64,000 bases of DNA from Eubacteriales bacterium (GCA_045605175.1 JAZUPL010000095.1:5509-69508); one strand, 5' to 3'. Numbered from the stretch's first letter, positions 1 through 10,272 are shown. The notes: generated by a model from the sequence alone, not told the origin. A program made the numbers and translations.

Positions 1-1
1 G

Positions 2-118
2 GGGCTTCGCTTTATGGGTGTTGGCTCGCCCAACGTGGTGATGCAGGTGAGCAAGGGGGAGGACGTTTGTATTTTGGCGGCTAATATTCTCTCGGAGTTT
101 ATAAACGCGCTTGACTGA
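2..118 (+). CDS. 3' end of a CDS that begins upstream of the window (product not identifiable)
   Basis: Frame is open from the window edge (...GVGSPNVVMQVSKGEDVCILAANILSEFINALD) and ends at TGA 116-118, 11 nt before the next start. Only about 38 codons are visible. Confidence 0.3.
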   Translation, partial: GLRFMGVGSPNVVMQVSKGEDVCILAANILSEFINALD

Positions 119-129
119 AAGGATTTGTA

Positions 130-1386
130 ATGAAAAAAGAAAATGAAAAAAGAGGCAATACGGGAGAAAAGAAACGCCCCAACCTGCTGCTTTTGATAGT
201 GGCTATATCTCTTGCGGTGCTATTGGTGTTTGGCATAGTGCTCGGAGGTGTATTGATAGCCCGCGAGGTGGCTTCGGTTGCCTCTTTCAAAGGGGTTTAT
301 ATAGATGAGGGAGTTGCCTGCTTTTTGGCGTCAACCTTCAAATATCAGTATCTTGTAGCCCTTGGCGAGGATGCCTTTGACGGTGAACTCTTCTGGCAAA
401 AAGAGATAGAGGAGGGCAAGACCTACGGAGATATGCTCAAAGAAGAGTGCGAAAATTATATTCGCGGTATTGCTGTTGGCTCGTATCTATATAATATGGT
501 GAAGAGCCTGTCTGCCACCGAGAGAGAGTATCTTGATACAAACACCCGCGAGGTGCTTGAATACAGGGCGAATTCGAGTGTGGCTGAGTTTAACAGGATG
601 AGCGCCGAAATGGGATTTGACTACGACGACTTCCGCGTGGGAACAGAACTTATATACAAGGCGGTTGCGGCGAAAAACGCCCTATACGGTACCAACGGCA
701 GCGAACTAAAAAACGGTGGCTACTTTGGTGATACAAATCTCTATTTCGATACATTTTCCCGTGTTGGAATGTTGATAATAAGGACGGAGGAGGACTTCGT
801 TATTGAAAACGGCGAGGTTGTCCGTGATTCCTACGGACAGTACAAGACCTATATGCTCTCTTCCGACGAGAGGGAGGAAAGAGAGGGGGATATTTCCGAA
901 ATTCGCAGGCTTATCGAGGGTGCATATAAGGACCAGGATGAGCAAATTAGTTCTATATATTTCTCCGAAATGTTGGAAAAGTACAACTCCTATGACGATT
1001 TTAGGGAGTGCGGCTATTACTTTAGCAATATGTCCGAATACACCGCAGGCTTTGCCCTGGAGGTAAACGAGCAAAACGGCTTTGAGGACGGTGTCGGCGA
1101 CGCGGTAGTAAAATTAAGTATGTCGCTTAACCCCGAGGAATATGGCGAGGTAGAGTATTCGGGTGGGGTAATCTTCCTATATAAGATGTCCCTTGACCCC
1201 TTTGCCTATCTTAACCCCGACTACGAGGTGTTCTTCACCGACTTTTATCCCGATGCGGCAAACTACCTGTTTATGAAGAGTCTTGACGAGTATTCTCCGC
1301 TTGTAAATGTCAAGGACTCCTACTATGAAATAGATGTACTCACCCTGCCATACAACAGTCAGTTTGTAATTAAGGGTACTGCATAA
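130..1386 (+). CDS. Membrane-anchored extracytoplasmic protein, possibly a PrsA/SurA-N-like foldase (function uncertain)
   Basis: 418-aa ORF with a basic N-terminus and one TM helix (LLLLIVAISLAVLLVFGIVLGGVLI). The following region resembles SurA-N/PrsA chaperone N-domains. No clear parvulin catalytic motif was recognised. Confidence 0.6.
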   Translation: MKKENEKRGNTGEKKRPNLLLLIVAISLAVLLVFGIVLGGVLIAREVASVASFKGVYIDEGVACFLASTFKYQYLVALGEDAFDGELFWQKEIEEGKTYGDMLKEECENYIRGIAVGSYLYNMVKSLSATEREYLDTNTREVLEYRANSSVAEFNRMSAEMGFDYDDFRVGTELIYKAVAAKNALYGTNGSELKNGGYFGDTNLYFDTFSRVGMLIIRTEEDFVIENGEVVRDSYGQYKTYMLSSDEREEREGDISEIRRLIEGAYKDQDEQISSIYFSEMLEKYNSYDDFRECGYYFSNMSEYTAGFALEVNEQNGFEDGVGDAVVKLSMSLNPEEYGEVEYSGGVIFLYKMSLDPFAYLNPDYEVFFTDFYPDAANYLFMKSLDEYSPLVNVKDSYYEIDVLTLPYNSQFVIKGTA

Positions 1387-1407
1387 TTTAACACGCCTGG
1401 CGCTTGG

Positions 1408-1500
1408 TTACACAATGTAAACAATTGTTATAATTATGATGTCGCCTGTGTGGGAGTGCTAAAAATAAAACTTTGAAAGGTATAGGAAATAAACCTATAC
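1408..1500 (+). promoter_or_regulatory. copA upstream region with a TATAAT box and three dyad symmetries (candidate operator sites)
   Basis: TTACAcaaTGTAA (1408-1420) and ACAATTGT (1421-1428) directly abut TATAAT (1429-1434). GTATAGG-N7-CCTATAC (1480-1500) lies 20 nt before the copA ATG. Confidence 0.35.
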
Positions 1501-1519
1501 TGTGTTTGAGGTCTACTGA

Positions 1520-3985
1520 ATGAGCAAAAAACAAGAAAAATTTATAGTTACGGGAATGAGTTGTGCCGCCTGCTCAGCGAGGGTTGAGAGGACGGTTGGC
1601 AACCTCCCCGGCGTCTCTTCCTGCTCGGTTAATCTCTTGACAGGGGATATGCTCGTCGAGGGGTCTGTTACCCGTGATGAGGTTGTTAGTGCCGTAAGGT
1701 CTATCGGCTATGATGTAAAAGAGCAAAAGGGCGAACAAGGCAGAGAAACACCCGACCGTGAGAGTGGGGCAATTCTTGCTCGGCTTGTTGCATCTGCAAT
1801 AATTCTCCTGCCACTTATGTATCTGTCTATGGGCGGAATGTTGGGGCTTCCCACACCATCTTTGTTAATAGATAATCCTATTATTGTGGCACTTTTGCAA
1901 ATGCTTCTATGTGCAGTTGTGCTCGTTATCAATCAAAAATTCTTCATAAGAGGTTTTTGGGGTGCAATAAGGCTTGCGCCTAATATGGATACACTGGTTT
2001 CGCTTGGCTCGGCGGTGTCCTTTGCGTACAGCGTGTATATTGTCTTTTTGATGGCTTTTGACAACTCTCACGGAGGTCATTATCTACACGAGTTGTATTT
2101 TGAGTCGGCGGCAATGATTTTGGTGCTTATCACCCTTGGCAAACTGCTTGAATCGAGGGCAAAGGGACGCACCACCGACGCAATACAAAGTCTTATGAGC
2201 CTGTCGGCAAAGACGGTGACGGTGATTCGCGAGGGCGAAGAGATTGAAATTCCCCGTGAGGGGCTACGCGTGGGCGATGTCTTCATAGTAAAACCGGGAG
2301 AGAGAATAGCCACCGATGGTGTGGTAATTAGCGGTGAGAGTGCGGTGGACGAATCTGCTATAACAGGCGAGAGCCTACCTGCCGATAAGACAGTGGGAAG
2401 CACCGTGACAGGAGGTACGCTAAACTCGTCGGGCAGACTTCTTTGCAGGGCGACAAAGGTGGGCGAGGAAACCGTACTTGCCGAGATAATAAAAATGGTA
2501 AAGGACGCCTCTGCTACCAAAGCACCTATCGCAAGACTTGCCGACAGGGTGTCGGGAGTGTTTGTCCCCGTGGTGCTCGGTATATCGCTTTTTACACTTT
2601 TTGGCTGGCTTGTTGCAGGTGGCGGGGTAGGGAATGCTATATCCCACGCAATAACAGTCCTCGTAATTAGTTGCCCTTGTGCCTTGGGACTTGCCACTCC
2701 CGTTGCTATTATGGTGGGTACAGGTGTTGGTGCAAGGCGAGGAATACTATATAAAAACGCCACAGCCCTTGAGGAATGTGGCAGGGTAGATACGGTTATT
2801 CTCGATAAGACGGGCACTATAACCAAGGGTGAGCCTGTGCTTACCGACGTTGTAGTAAGTGACGGCGTGGATGAGGAAGAACTCTCGTTGGTTGCCCTCT
2901 CGCTTGAGAGGTTTAGCGAGCACCCCGTGGCAAAGGCGGTGGTCGCAGGTCTTGGTGATAAAAAGGCTTATGAGGTTGAGGACTTTGAGGCCTTGGCGGG
3001 CAGGGGCGTGTATGGAAAAATAGACGGAGAACCCTGTTTTGGAGCAAGTATTGAATATGCAAAAACGCAAATAATTGTTGACAAAACGACCGAGAGCGTT
3101 TGTGGCAGACTCTCTGATGAGGGAAAGACACCTTTGGTATTTTCAAGGGGAGGCAAACTGCTCGGTGTGCTCGGTGTTGCCGATGTGGTAAAGCAGGACG
3201 CCAAAGAGGGAGTGGACAGACTTCGCTCGCTTGGCCTTTCGGTGGTGATGCTCACGGGGGACAACGAGAGAGTCGCAAGGCAAATTGCCACCGAGGTTGG
3301 TATAGACGAGGTGATAGCAGGAGTTTTGCCAAGTGGCAAGGAGTCGGTAGTCCGTGGGCGAATGGAAAACGGCAGAGTCTGTATGGTGGGTGACGGTATA
3401 AACGATGCCCCCGCTCTAACACGGGCGAGTGTCGGTATTGCTATCGGTCGAGGCACCGATGTGGCTATTGATTCGGCTGGTGTAGTTTTGATGGGTAAAG
3501 GGCTTTCTGATGTTGCAACCGCTATTGAACTTGGTAGGGCTACTCTTCGGAATATAAAGCAAAATCTATTCTGGGCATTCCTATATAATATGATAGGCAT
3601 TCCGCTTGCAATAGGACTCTTTGGGCTTACGCTTAACCCGATGTTTGGCGCAGCGGCTATGAGCCTGTCGAGCGTGTGTGTCGTGCTTAACGCACTTAGG
3701 CTAAATCTTTTCAAGCCAAGAAAACACATAGAAACGAATATTGGTCAAACAGAAATACAAATTCAAGAAAACGAGGAAAAAGAAATGACGAGGGTAATCA
3801 ATGTTGAGGGAATGATGTGTCCGCACTGCGAAGCGAGGGTAAAGGCTACGGTTGAGGCTATCGAGGGTGTCAAAGAGGCGTTCGCTTCACACAAGGACGG
3901 TACCGTTACCGTTACTCTTGATAAAGAAGTCGAGGCAGGCGTAATAGAGTCGGCTATCACTGCCCAAGGCTACAAGGCGCTTTGA
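1520..3985 (+). CDS. copA: Copper-translocating P1B-type ATPase with N- and C-terminal HMA metal-binding domains
   Basis: N-terminal GMSCAACSARVE, transmembrane CPC (VISCPCALGLATP), DKTGTIT phosphorylation site, GDGINDAP hinge, and a second HMA domain at the C-terminus (GMMCPHCEARVK). Confidence 0.95.
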   Translation: MSKKQEKFIVTGMSCAACSARVERTVGNLPGVSSCSVNLLTGDMLVEGSVTRDEVVSAVRSIGYDVKEQKGEQGRETPDRESGAILARLVASAIILLPLMYLSMGGMLGLPTPSLLIDNPIIVALLQMLLCAVVLVINQKFFIRGFWGAIRLAPNMDTLVSLGSAVSFAYSVYIVFLMAFDNSHGGHYLHELYFESAAMILVLITLGKLLESRAKGRTTDAIQSLMSLSAKTVTVIREGEEIEIPREGLRVGDVFIVKPGERIATDGVVISGESAVDESAITGESLPADKTVGSTVTGGTLNSSGRLLCRATKVGEETVLAEIIKMVKDASATKAPIARLADRVSGVFVPVVLGISLFTLFGWLVAGGGVGNAISHAITVLVISCPCALGLATPVAIMVGTGVGARRGILYKNATALEECGRVDTVILDKTGTITKGEPVLTDVVVSDGVDEEELSLVALSLERFSEHPVAKAVVAGLGDKKAYEVEDFEALAGRGVYGKIDGEPCFGASIEYAKTQIIVDKTTESVCGRLSDEGKTPLVFSRGGKLLGVLGVADVVKQDAKEGVDRLRSLGLSVVMLTGDNERVARQIATEVGIDEVIAGVLPSGKESVVRGRMENGRVCMVGDGINDAPALTRASVGIAIGRGTDVAIDSAGVVLMGKGLSDVATAIELGRATLRNIKQNLFWAFLYNMIGIPLAIGLFGLTLNPMFGAAAMSLSSVCVVLNALRLNLFKPRKHIETNIGQTEIQIQENEEKEMTRVINVEGMMCPHCEARVKATVEAIEGVKEAFASHKDGTVTVTLDKEVEAGVIESAITAQGYKAL

Positions 3986-4101
3986 CTTTAGTCAGATAAT
4001 CCTGATGCAACAGGGGGCTTTGTTTTAGACAGTCAACCAAAGAAAGAGGGTTTCTGGCTAAAAAATACAGAGAGCAAAGCGCCTTTAGAAAACATAAAAA
4101 A

Positions 4102-4135
4102 ACGAGCGAATACAAACGTATTCGCTCGTTTTTTG
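4102..4135. terminator. Intrinsic terminator between convergent copA and the lipoprotein gene
   Basis: 12-bp stem ACGAGCGAATAC/GTATTCGCTCGT with an A-tract before and TTTTTT after it. Confidence 0.65.
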
Positions 4136-4198
4136 CCCCATATCAAAGGAGCAGATAAAGGCATATAAGGGGCAAGCCCCTGTGAAGTCATAATAAAA

Positions 4199-4852
4199 TC
4201 AATACTTTTCTATATAATCTGCGAAATTACCCCAGGTGTAGTGCTGGGTGTAGGTTGAGTAGGCTTCCGACTCTATCTTGATGTCAATGTCATCGGTGCC
4301 TGTAAGCATATTGTTACCGCATACGATATCCACACCCGGTGCCATCTCGGCAACTATATAAAGGTCGATATCTGTGCCGGCAAACGCGCCGTTGGAGAGG
4401 TTGAGAGGATAGGAGGTCTTGCCTATTACAAACGCCTCAAGGTTGGTGGAAGCCTTAAAAGCCTCGGTAGCAATGTTGGTAACACCCTCGGGTACAAAGA
4501 GGACGGATTGCTTTTTTCCCTCGTCGGTGAGTCCTGTGATGCTCTTTACATCCCCCTCGGTTTCGTAGGTGAAATACTCTACATTCCCCATAATAGGCGC
4601 TATAAAATCACCAGGTGTGAGGTCGGATTTGTTAATAGTGGCACCGTCCACGGTGTAAATTCCCTCCGACTCGGTGAATGTAGTGGAGGTGGCAGAGCCG
4701 TCCTTAACGACTATGACTCCGTCCTCGGTGAAAAAATAGCCCACGCCACCCGAGGTGAAATAGCCTTCAATATCCTCTTCAGGCGCTCCACACGAAACGA
4801 GCGAAATAAGAACGAGCGAAATAAAAAGCAAAAGCGACAGTATTTTCTTCAT
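4199..4852 (-). CDS. Lipoprotein with a short BspA-type LRR segment
   Basis: Signal peptide plus lipobox LVSC|G. The C-terminal part contains VPEGVTNIATEAFKASTNLEAFVIG, typical of LRR_5/BspA repeats. Confidence 0.75.
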   Translation of the reverse strand: MKKILSLLLFISLVLISLVSCGAPEEDIEGYFTSGGVGYFFTEDGVIVVKDGSATSTTFTESEGIYTVDGATINKSDLTPGDFIAPIMGNVEYFTYETEGDVKSITGLTDEGKKQSVLFVPEGVTNIATEAFKASTNLEAFVIGKTSYPLNLSNGAFAGTDIDLYIVAEMAPGVDIVCGNNMLTGTDDIDIKIESEAYSTYTQHYTWGNFADYIEKY

Positions 4853-4987
4853 ATTAACCTCCTTAAATATTCTTTACAATCTTATTATACAATAAAGTCG
4901 GCGGTAATGTCAAACGTCAAACTGTACGATTTTTTTGTTGCACTTTGCATAAAGGTAAGCGTTGGGGTCTTGTTGCGTTTTTCTGTG

Positions 4988-6349
4988 TCAGGCATTTTTT
5001 TGTCTTCTGTTTTTGTAGAATAAAAAGCCTATAAGCATAATAAGAGTAAACACCCCGAGGTAATATAGCGTTTCTAATCGGTAGGCGAGCGCCGCACAGT
5101 AAAGCATAAACAGGGAGGAAAGTGTAGCAAGCATAGGCAGGACAAATCGCTTTATCGGGGAGAGATTTTTCCCACGAAAGGGCAGTGTGAGAAAGATAGG
5201 AACAAGGGCAGAATACAGGGTGATAATAGGCAGTTCATCATGCTCAAAAGAGAGCCATTCGGGCAACAGCCGCCACACAAAGCCGAACTCCCATTGAAAT
5301 AGCCAAATGGTGGATACAACAAGACCGAAAAGCGAGGAGTTGACAGGCACTCCGCTTGTGTCATCGACTCGGGAAAACAGTGCAGGCGACGGTCCTCGCC
5401 CTCTCTCTGCCAGGGCGAAAATGCCGCGAGAGCAGGCGAGGGAAAGTCCGACGGTCGTACCAATACAGGATATGGCTACAAAAAGGTAGAAAAATCGACC
5501 GAGAGCAGCATTGTTGAATAGCAGGGTTGTGAAGGCGGATAACGATAGTCCGTTGCCCGATGCGAGTATCTCTTCTCGCGAGAGGACGCCACCGATGCCA
5601 AGAATATAGGATAGATATACTCCAATAACCAAAAGCAGTCCGAATACGAGGGCAAGGGGAAGGTTTCGCCTTGCATTTTTTATCTCTTTCGCCACGGCGC
5701 TGACCGCTATCCATCCCTCGTAGGCAAAGGCAAAGGCTACAATACCTCCTATCACCCCACTGCCCGAAATACTCGACACGCCCCCTCCTGAAAAATGTCC
5801 GATAAGGTTGCCCGAGAACACTCCTATAAGCGAACCTACTATGCCAAGCAGCAGCAAGGGGACGAGTTTTATTCCCGTCGTTGCAACACCAAGCGAGGCG
5901 GCAGAGCGAGGAGCAAGCGAGTTAAGTGCAAAGGCAAAAATTAACACGCCCCCGCTTATAAGCAGTTCTGCACCCGTCTGTTTGATGCCGAAAAGTTCGG
6001 TAATATAGGTTCCGCTTATCCTTGCCAGTGCAGAGGTCATAGTGGGATAAAATACGGTGCTGACAAACCACCCGAGCAAATATGCGTATCGTGGGCCTAT
6101 TGCCACCTCGGCAACCCTCACAAGACCATCGCCCAAGGGATACACCTCGCCGAGAGAGGCAAAGGTCAGGGCAACTATCAAAACTATTATACCGACAGCC
6201 CCCACAGAGAGCAAAGCACCTAAAAGATTGCCGTCCGCTTCCATGAAAAGTTTGGGGGCTTTGAAGAAAATTCCCGAGCCTATAACCACTCCCACGACCA
6301 TGCAAAAAGCCTGAAAAAGACCGTATTTTTCCTTTATTTTACCGTCCAT
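4988..6349 (-). CDS. APC-family amino acid permease
   Basis: 453 aa with about 12 hydrophobic segments. The N-terminal GVVIGSGIF motif is typical of the APC superfamily. Confidence 0.85.
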   Translation of the reverse strand: MDGKIKEKYGLFQAFCMVVGVVIGSGIFFKAPKLFMEADGNLLGALLSVGAVGIIVLIVALTFASLGEVYPLGDGLVRVAEVAIGPRYAYLLGWFVSTVFYPTMTSALARISGTYITELFGIKQTGAELLISGGVLIFAFALNSLAPRSAASLGVATTGIKLVPLLLLGIVGSLIGVFSGNLIGHFSGGGVSSISGSGVIGGIVAFAFAYEGWIAVSAVAKEIKNARRNLPLALVFGLLLVIGVYLSYILGIGGVLSREEILASGNGLSLSAFTTLLFNNAALGRFFYLFVAISCIGTTVGLSLACSRGIFALAERGRGPSPALFSRVDDTSGVPVNSSLFGLVVSTIWLFQWEFGFVWRLLPEWLSFEHDELPIITLYSALVPIFLTLPFRGKNLSPIKRFVLPMLATLSSLFMLYCAALAYRLETLYYLGVFTLIMLIGFLFYKNRRQKNA

Positions 6350-6469
6350 AATATTCCCATTTTCTTTTTTTGCTTATCTTTCCTTTTTGTTCTTAAAATT
6401 ATACCCAAATAGGATGCTGTAAAAAAAGAAAAAGCGATACTTGTTGATAGTAAAAAAGTAAATATTTAT

Positions 6470-7435
6470 TTACATTTTCTCGGCATTATTTGTTTTTCTT
6501 AGTGCAAGGGGAGTCAAACCGTAATGCTCACGGAATATACGGTGGAAGTAGGATTGGTTATCGTAGCCGACAGAGCCTATAATTTCGCCTATGGAGAGGT
6601 CGGTTTCGAGGAGCATTTGCTTGGCCTTTTTAAGCCTTACCTCTACGACGAGTTCTTTGAAACTTTTGCCAAAGGTGGCTTTTATAAGTTTTGAAAGGTA
6701 CGGCTCGGTGAGAAAGAGTTTTTCCGCTAAAGCGACAAGACTTGCACTAAGGTAGTTTTCTTCTATGTAGGAGAGAATTGTCAGATTTCGCTTTTCCGCC
6801 TTGCCACGAGGAATACTTCCCCCTTGAAGGCTCGCTCCCCTTTGCTTTGACAGGCAGGAGAGCAACAGGGCAACCGTTGCCTCCATTATAGCCCTGTCAC
6901 CGTCAGGCTCGGTTAGTTCGATAAGTAGGTTTTCTATCAGATTTTGCGTCCTGTGCCTACCGCCCGAGGCAAAGTGTAGGTACATCGGCTCGCCCCCGCT
7001 CCGTCCGTTTTCGTGGAAGAATGGGGAGAATATGGTACGGCTCATCTTGGGCATGAGAGAGGCAATAAATCCGTCCGACATAATTATGTTTACGCCTATG
7101 TCGCTCTCTTTTGCCTTCTCGACCGAGTGGGAAATGTGCTTGTTCATCAGGAGAATATCCCCCTCGCAAAGACGTATTCTCTCGCCCTGTACGATGTGGA
7201 AAATTTCGCCTGAGAGGACTATCATCATCTCTACATAGTTGTGCCTGTGCAGAGGAAAGTCGGTAAAACGTGTGTGCGTTCTTACGCTTATTCCGCCCGC
7301 GCCGTGTAGGCGTGCCTCATTTACAACGAAATCCTCGCTTCTTGAATATATGCTTTTGTCAAGCACCTCGCCGCTTAATATACGGCTTTCCTCTCGGCTC
7401 ATTATCGCGAGTTTTTCTATTAACTCCTGTTTCAT
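6470..7435 (-). CDS. AraC-family transcriptional regulator (cupin sensor + HTH), likely rhamnose regulator
   Basis: The C-terminus is AraC HTH-like (IGSVGYDNQSYFHRIFREHYGLTP) and the N-terminus is cupin-like (HRHNYVEMMIVLSGE). It is divergent from rhaBA. Start chosen at ATG 7435, preceded by AGGAGGAG. Confidence 0.85.
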   Translation of the reverse strand: MKQELIEKLAIMSREESRILSGEVLDKSIYSRSEDFVVNEARLHGAGGISVRTHTRFTDFPLHRHNYVEMMIVLSGEIFHIVQGERIRLCEGDILLMNKHISHSVEKAKESDIGVNIIMSDGFIASLMPKMSRTIFSPFFHENGRSGGEPMYLHFASGGRHRTQNLIENLLIELTEPDGDRAIMEATVALLLSCLSKQRGASLQGGSIPRGKAEKRNLTILSYIEENYLSASLVALAEKLFLTEPYLSKLIKATFGKSFKELVVEVRLKKAKQMLLETDLSIGEIIGSVGYDNQSYFHRIFREHYGLTPLALRKTNNAEKM

Positions 7436-7651
7436 AATACCGCTCCTCCTGCAACCATAAATACCAGAGAACATTTTTGTTCTAATTTTAACATATTTAG
7501 CCGTGGAGGTCAACAGAAAATATTAAATTCGGACGGTTTTTAGCATAATTTTAGTTCTTGTTAGATATATAAATATATGTTATTATTAAAATAGTTAAAT
7601 GCAATCAGTTAAATCTTTATAAACCAAAATGAACGAAAGGAGTGGGAGGAT

Positions 7652-8965
7652 ATGAAATATTATCTTGCCATTGACATTGGTGCATCCAGCGGAAGACATA
7701 TAGTCGGTTGGATGGACGGCGGTATTCTTAAAACCGAGGAGATTTATCGTTTCCCCAACGGTATGGATACGGTGGACGGTCACTTGGTCTGGGACACCGA
7801 CAGACTTTTCTGTGAGGTAAAGACCGGCATTGGCGAAGCATTTAAGAAATTCCCAAAGATTGAGAGTTTGTCTATTGACACCTGGGGAGTGGACTATGTG
7901 CTTATGCGGGGCGACGAGGAGGTAAAGCCCACATATGCCTATCGTGATGCGAGAATGGAGGAGTCTATTCCGAAAGTTCACGAGTTGATTCCCTTCCCGG
8001 TTTTGTATAGCCGTACGGGAATAATGTTCAACAAGTTCAACAGTATATATCAACTCTACCGTGATAAGATGGACGGCCGTCTTGATGGTGTTACCGACTG
8101 GCTTATGATACCCGAATATCTTATGTATAAACTTACGGGCAACAAGGTAAAGGAGTTTACAAACGCAACCACCGCAGGACTTATTAACGCAGACACCTTG
8201 GAATTTGACGATTACATTTTCGCCACACTCGGACTTCCCGAGGCGCTTAAAGCGAAAGTGTATCAGCCCGGCACCACCGTGGGCAGACTTCTTCCTGAAA
8301 TACAAAAAGAGGTTGGCGGCGACCTTGAGGTCGTGCTCTGCGCCACCCACGACACGGGAAGCGCTGTTGAGGCTATCGAGATGCAGACTGACGCTCCCTA
8401 CGTTTCCTCCGGCACATGGTCCTTGCTTGGTGTAAAAACGCCACGCGCTATCACCGACGACAAGTCCAGACTATCGGGCTATTCCAACGAGGGCGGTGTG
8501 GGCTATAACCGTTATCAAAAGAACATTACGGGAATGTGGATTATCCAGAGCCTTCGCCGTGAGCTTTGCCCCGACCTTGGTTGGGACGAGATTGTCGCGT
8601 TGGCAAAGGCGAGCAGTTATACCGAGGTCTTTGACGTAAACGATGACGCTTTTATGGCTCCCCTTAGCATGAAGGAGGCTATTGCTGAGTACCAGAGGGC
8701 AAGCGGCAAGCCTGTTCCCGTCAGTGCAGGCGACCTTTTCAATGCAGCATACGTTAGTCTGGCTTACGGCTACAAGGTGGCTATTGAAGACCTGGAATGT
8801 AACACGGGTAGGACTTATACCGAACTTTACATAGTCGGTGGCGGAGCAAAGAACGCATACCTCAACTCGCTTACCGAAACCTATACAGGCAAAAAGGTAG
8901 TGGCGCTGCCTATCGAGGCTACCGCTATCGGAAATATGATGATTCAAATTAAAAGGAGTATATAA
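7652..8965 (+). CDS. rhaB: Rhamnulokinase (FGGY carbohydrate kinase family)
   Basis: N-terminal AIDIGASSGRHIVG motif and overall FGGY pattern. It lies immediately upstream of rhaA with a 2-nt gap. Confidence 0.85.
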   Translation: MKYYLAIDIGASSGRHIVGWMDGGILKTEEIYRFPNGMDTVDGHLVWDTDRLFCEVKTGIGEAFKKFPKIESLSIDTWGVDYVLMRGDEEVKPTYAYRDARMEESIPKVHELIPFPVLYSRTGIMFNKFNSIYQLYRDKMDGRLDGVTDWLMIPEYLMYKLTGNKVKEFTNATTAGLINADTLEFDDYIFATLGLPEALKAKVYQPGTTVGRLLPEIQKEVGGDLEVVLCATHDTGSAVEAIEMQTDAPYVSSGTWSLLGVKTPRAITDDKSRLSGYSNEGGVGYNRYQKNITGMWIIQSLRRELCPDLGWDEIVALAKASSYTEVFDVNDDAFMAPLSMKEAIAEYQRASGKPVPVSAGDLFNAAYVSLAYGYKVAIEDLECNTGRTYTELYIVGGGAKNAYLNSLTETYTGKKVVALPIEATAIGNMMIQIKRSI

Positions 8966-8967
8966 TT

Positions 8968-10215
8968 ATGAGCAAGAATTACGAATCCGCAAAGGTTGAA
9001 TACGCAAAGTATGGCGTAGATACCGAACAGGCTATCGCAAAACTTATGAGTGTTCCCGTGTCGGTGCACTGCTGGCAGGGTGACGACGTAGTGGGCTTTG
9101 ACAGCAAGGCTGCGCTCTCCGGCGGTATCCAGACCACCGGTAACTATCCCGGCAAGGCTACCACTCCCGAAGAACTTATGCAGGATATGGACAAGGCGTT
9201 CTCGCTTGTTCCCGGCGCAAAGAAGTTGAACCTTCATGCTTGCTATGCCATTATCCCCGAAAACGAGCAGGTTGGCAGAGATGCTATTGAGCCTCGCCAT
9301 TTCGCACCTTGGGTTGCTTTTGCAAAGGAGCGCGGTATTGGTATCGACTTCAACCCCACCTTCTTCTCTCACCCTATGGTAAAGGACGGTCTTACCCTTT
9401 CTTCCCCCGACGAGGTAACTCGTAAGTATTGGGTAAAGCACGGTCAGGCTTGCCTTAAAATTGCCGAGTATTTTGCAAAGGAAACAGGCGTTCCCTGTGT
9501 TATGAATATCTGGATTCCCGATGGTTACAAGGATATTCCTGCAGACAGACTTTCTCCCAGAGCGAGATTTAAGAAGTCGCTTGACGAAATTCTTGACACC
9601 CCCTATGACAAGAGCAAGGTTTATGTCACCCTTGAGTCTAAGGTGTTCGGTATCGGTCTTGAGTCCTACACGGTAGGCTCGGCAGAGTTCTGCCTCTCCT
9701 ACTCGGATTACAAGGGCATCACCCCCTTGATGGACAACGGTCACTACCACCCCACCGAGGTTGTTTCGGATAAGATTTCCTCGCTTCTTCTCTTCAACGA
9801 GAAAATTGCTCTGCACGTTACCCGTGCCGTTCGTTGGGACTCCGACCACGTTGTTATCTTCGATGACGAAACCAAGGAAATTGCTAAGGAAATTGTTAGA
9901 AACAACGCTCTTGACAGAGTGTTTATCGCTCTTGACTACTTTGATGCCTCTATCAACCGTGTTGCCGCTTGGGTAATCGGTATGAGAAATATGCAAAAGG
10001 CGCTTCTTAACGCGCTTCTTCTTCCCTCGGAAAAACTTGCTGAATATCAGGCACAGTCCGACTTCACCAAGGTCCTCGCGGTTACCGAGGAGTTCAAGAC
10101 TCTGCCCTTCGGCGAGATTTGGGATGAGTATTGTCAAAGATGTGGCTCGCCCGTAGGTATGGACTGGATAAAGGACGTTGAAATCTACGAGGCAGAGGTT
10201 CTCTCCCAAAGATAA
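8968..10215 (+). CDS. rhaA: L-rhamnose isomerase
   Basis: 415 aa. The N-terminus (YAKYGVDTEQAIAKLMSVPVSVHCWQGDDVVGFD) is characteristic of RhaA. Confidence 0.92.
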   Translation: MSKNYESAKVEYAKYGVDTEQAIAKLMSVPVSVHCWQGDDVVGFDSKAALSGGIQTTGNYPGKATTPEELMQDMDKAFSLVPGAKKLNLHACYAIIPENEQVGRDAIEPRHFAPWVAFAKERGIGIDFNPTFFSHPMVKDGLTLSSPDEVTRKYWVKHGQACLKIAEYFAKETGVPCVMNIWIPDGYKDIPADRLSPRARFKKSLDEILDTPYDKSKVYVTLESKVFGIGLESYTVGSAEFCLSYSDYKGITPLMDNGHYHPTEVVSDKISSLLLFNEKIALHVTRAVRWDSDHVVIFDDETKEIAKEIVRNNALDRVFIALDYFDASINRVAAWVIGMRNMQKALLNALLLPSEKLAEYQAQSDFTKVLAVTEEFKTLPFGEIWDEYCQRCGSPVGMDWIKDVEIYEAEVLSQR

Positions 10216-10244
10216 TTTTGTATGCTATAAAAAACAACCTAAAA

Positions 10245-10272
10245 AGGTCACGGCTATGTCGTGACCTTTTTC
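10245..10272 (+). terminator. Intrinsic terminator after rhaA
   Basis: Stem AGGTCACG/CGTGACCT followed by a T-tract. Confidence 0.7.

Noticed and set aside
2080-3729. Long minus-strand ORFs (248 and 253 aa) inside copA
   Set aside because: The Pro/Ser/Thr-rich translations are typical of antisense frames of a GC-rich-codon gene, and copA on the plus strand is unambiguous.
7595-8350. 251-aa minus-strand ORF overlapping rhaB
   Set aside because: Antisense to rhamnulokinase. Its start would lie inside the rhaB/AraC intergenic promoter region, and it has no recognisable family.
8944-10209. 421-aa ORF on the minus strand covering almost all of rhaA
   Set aside because: It is antisense to a confidently recognised L-rhamnose isomerase. 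The translation is low-complexity with no recognisable motifs or SD, so it is a typical shadow ORF.
6470-10215. Incomplete rhamnose pathway (regulator, rhaB and rhaA, but no rhaD, rhaM or transporter)
   Set aside because: The missing genes may simply lie elsewhere in the genome, so this cannot be judged from one window and is not unusual enough to report as a finding.
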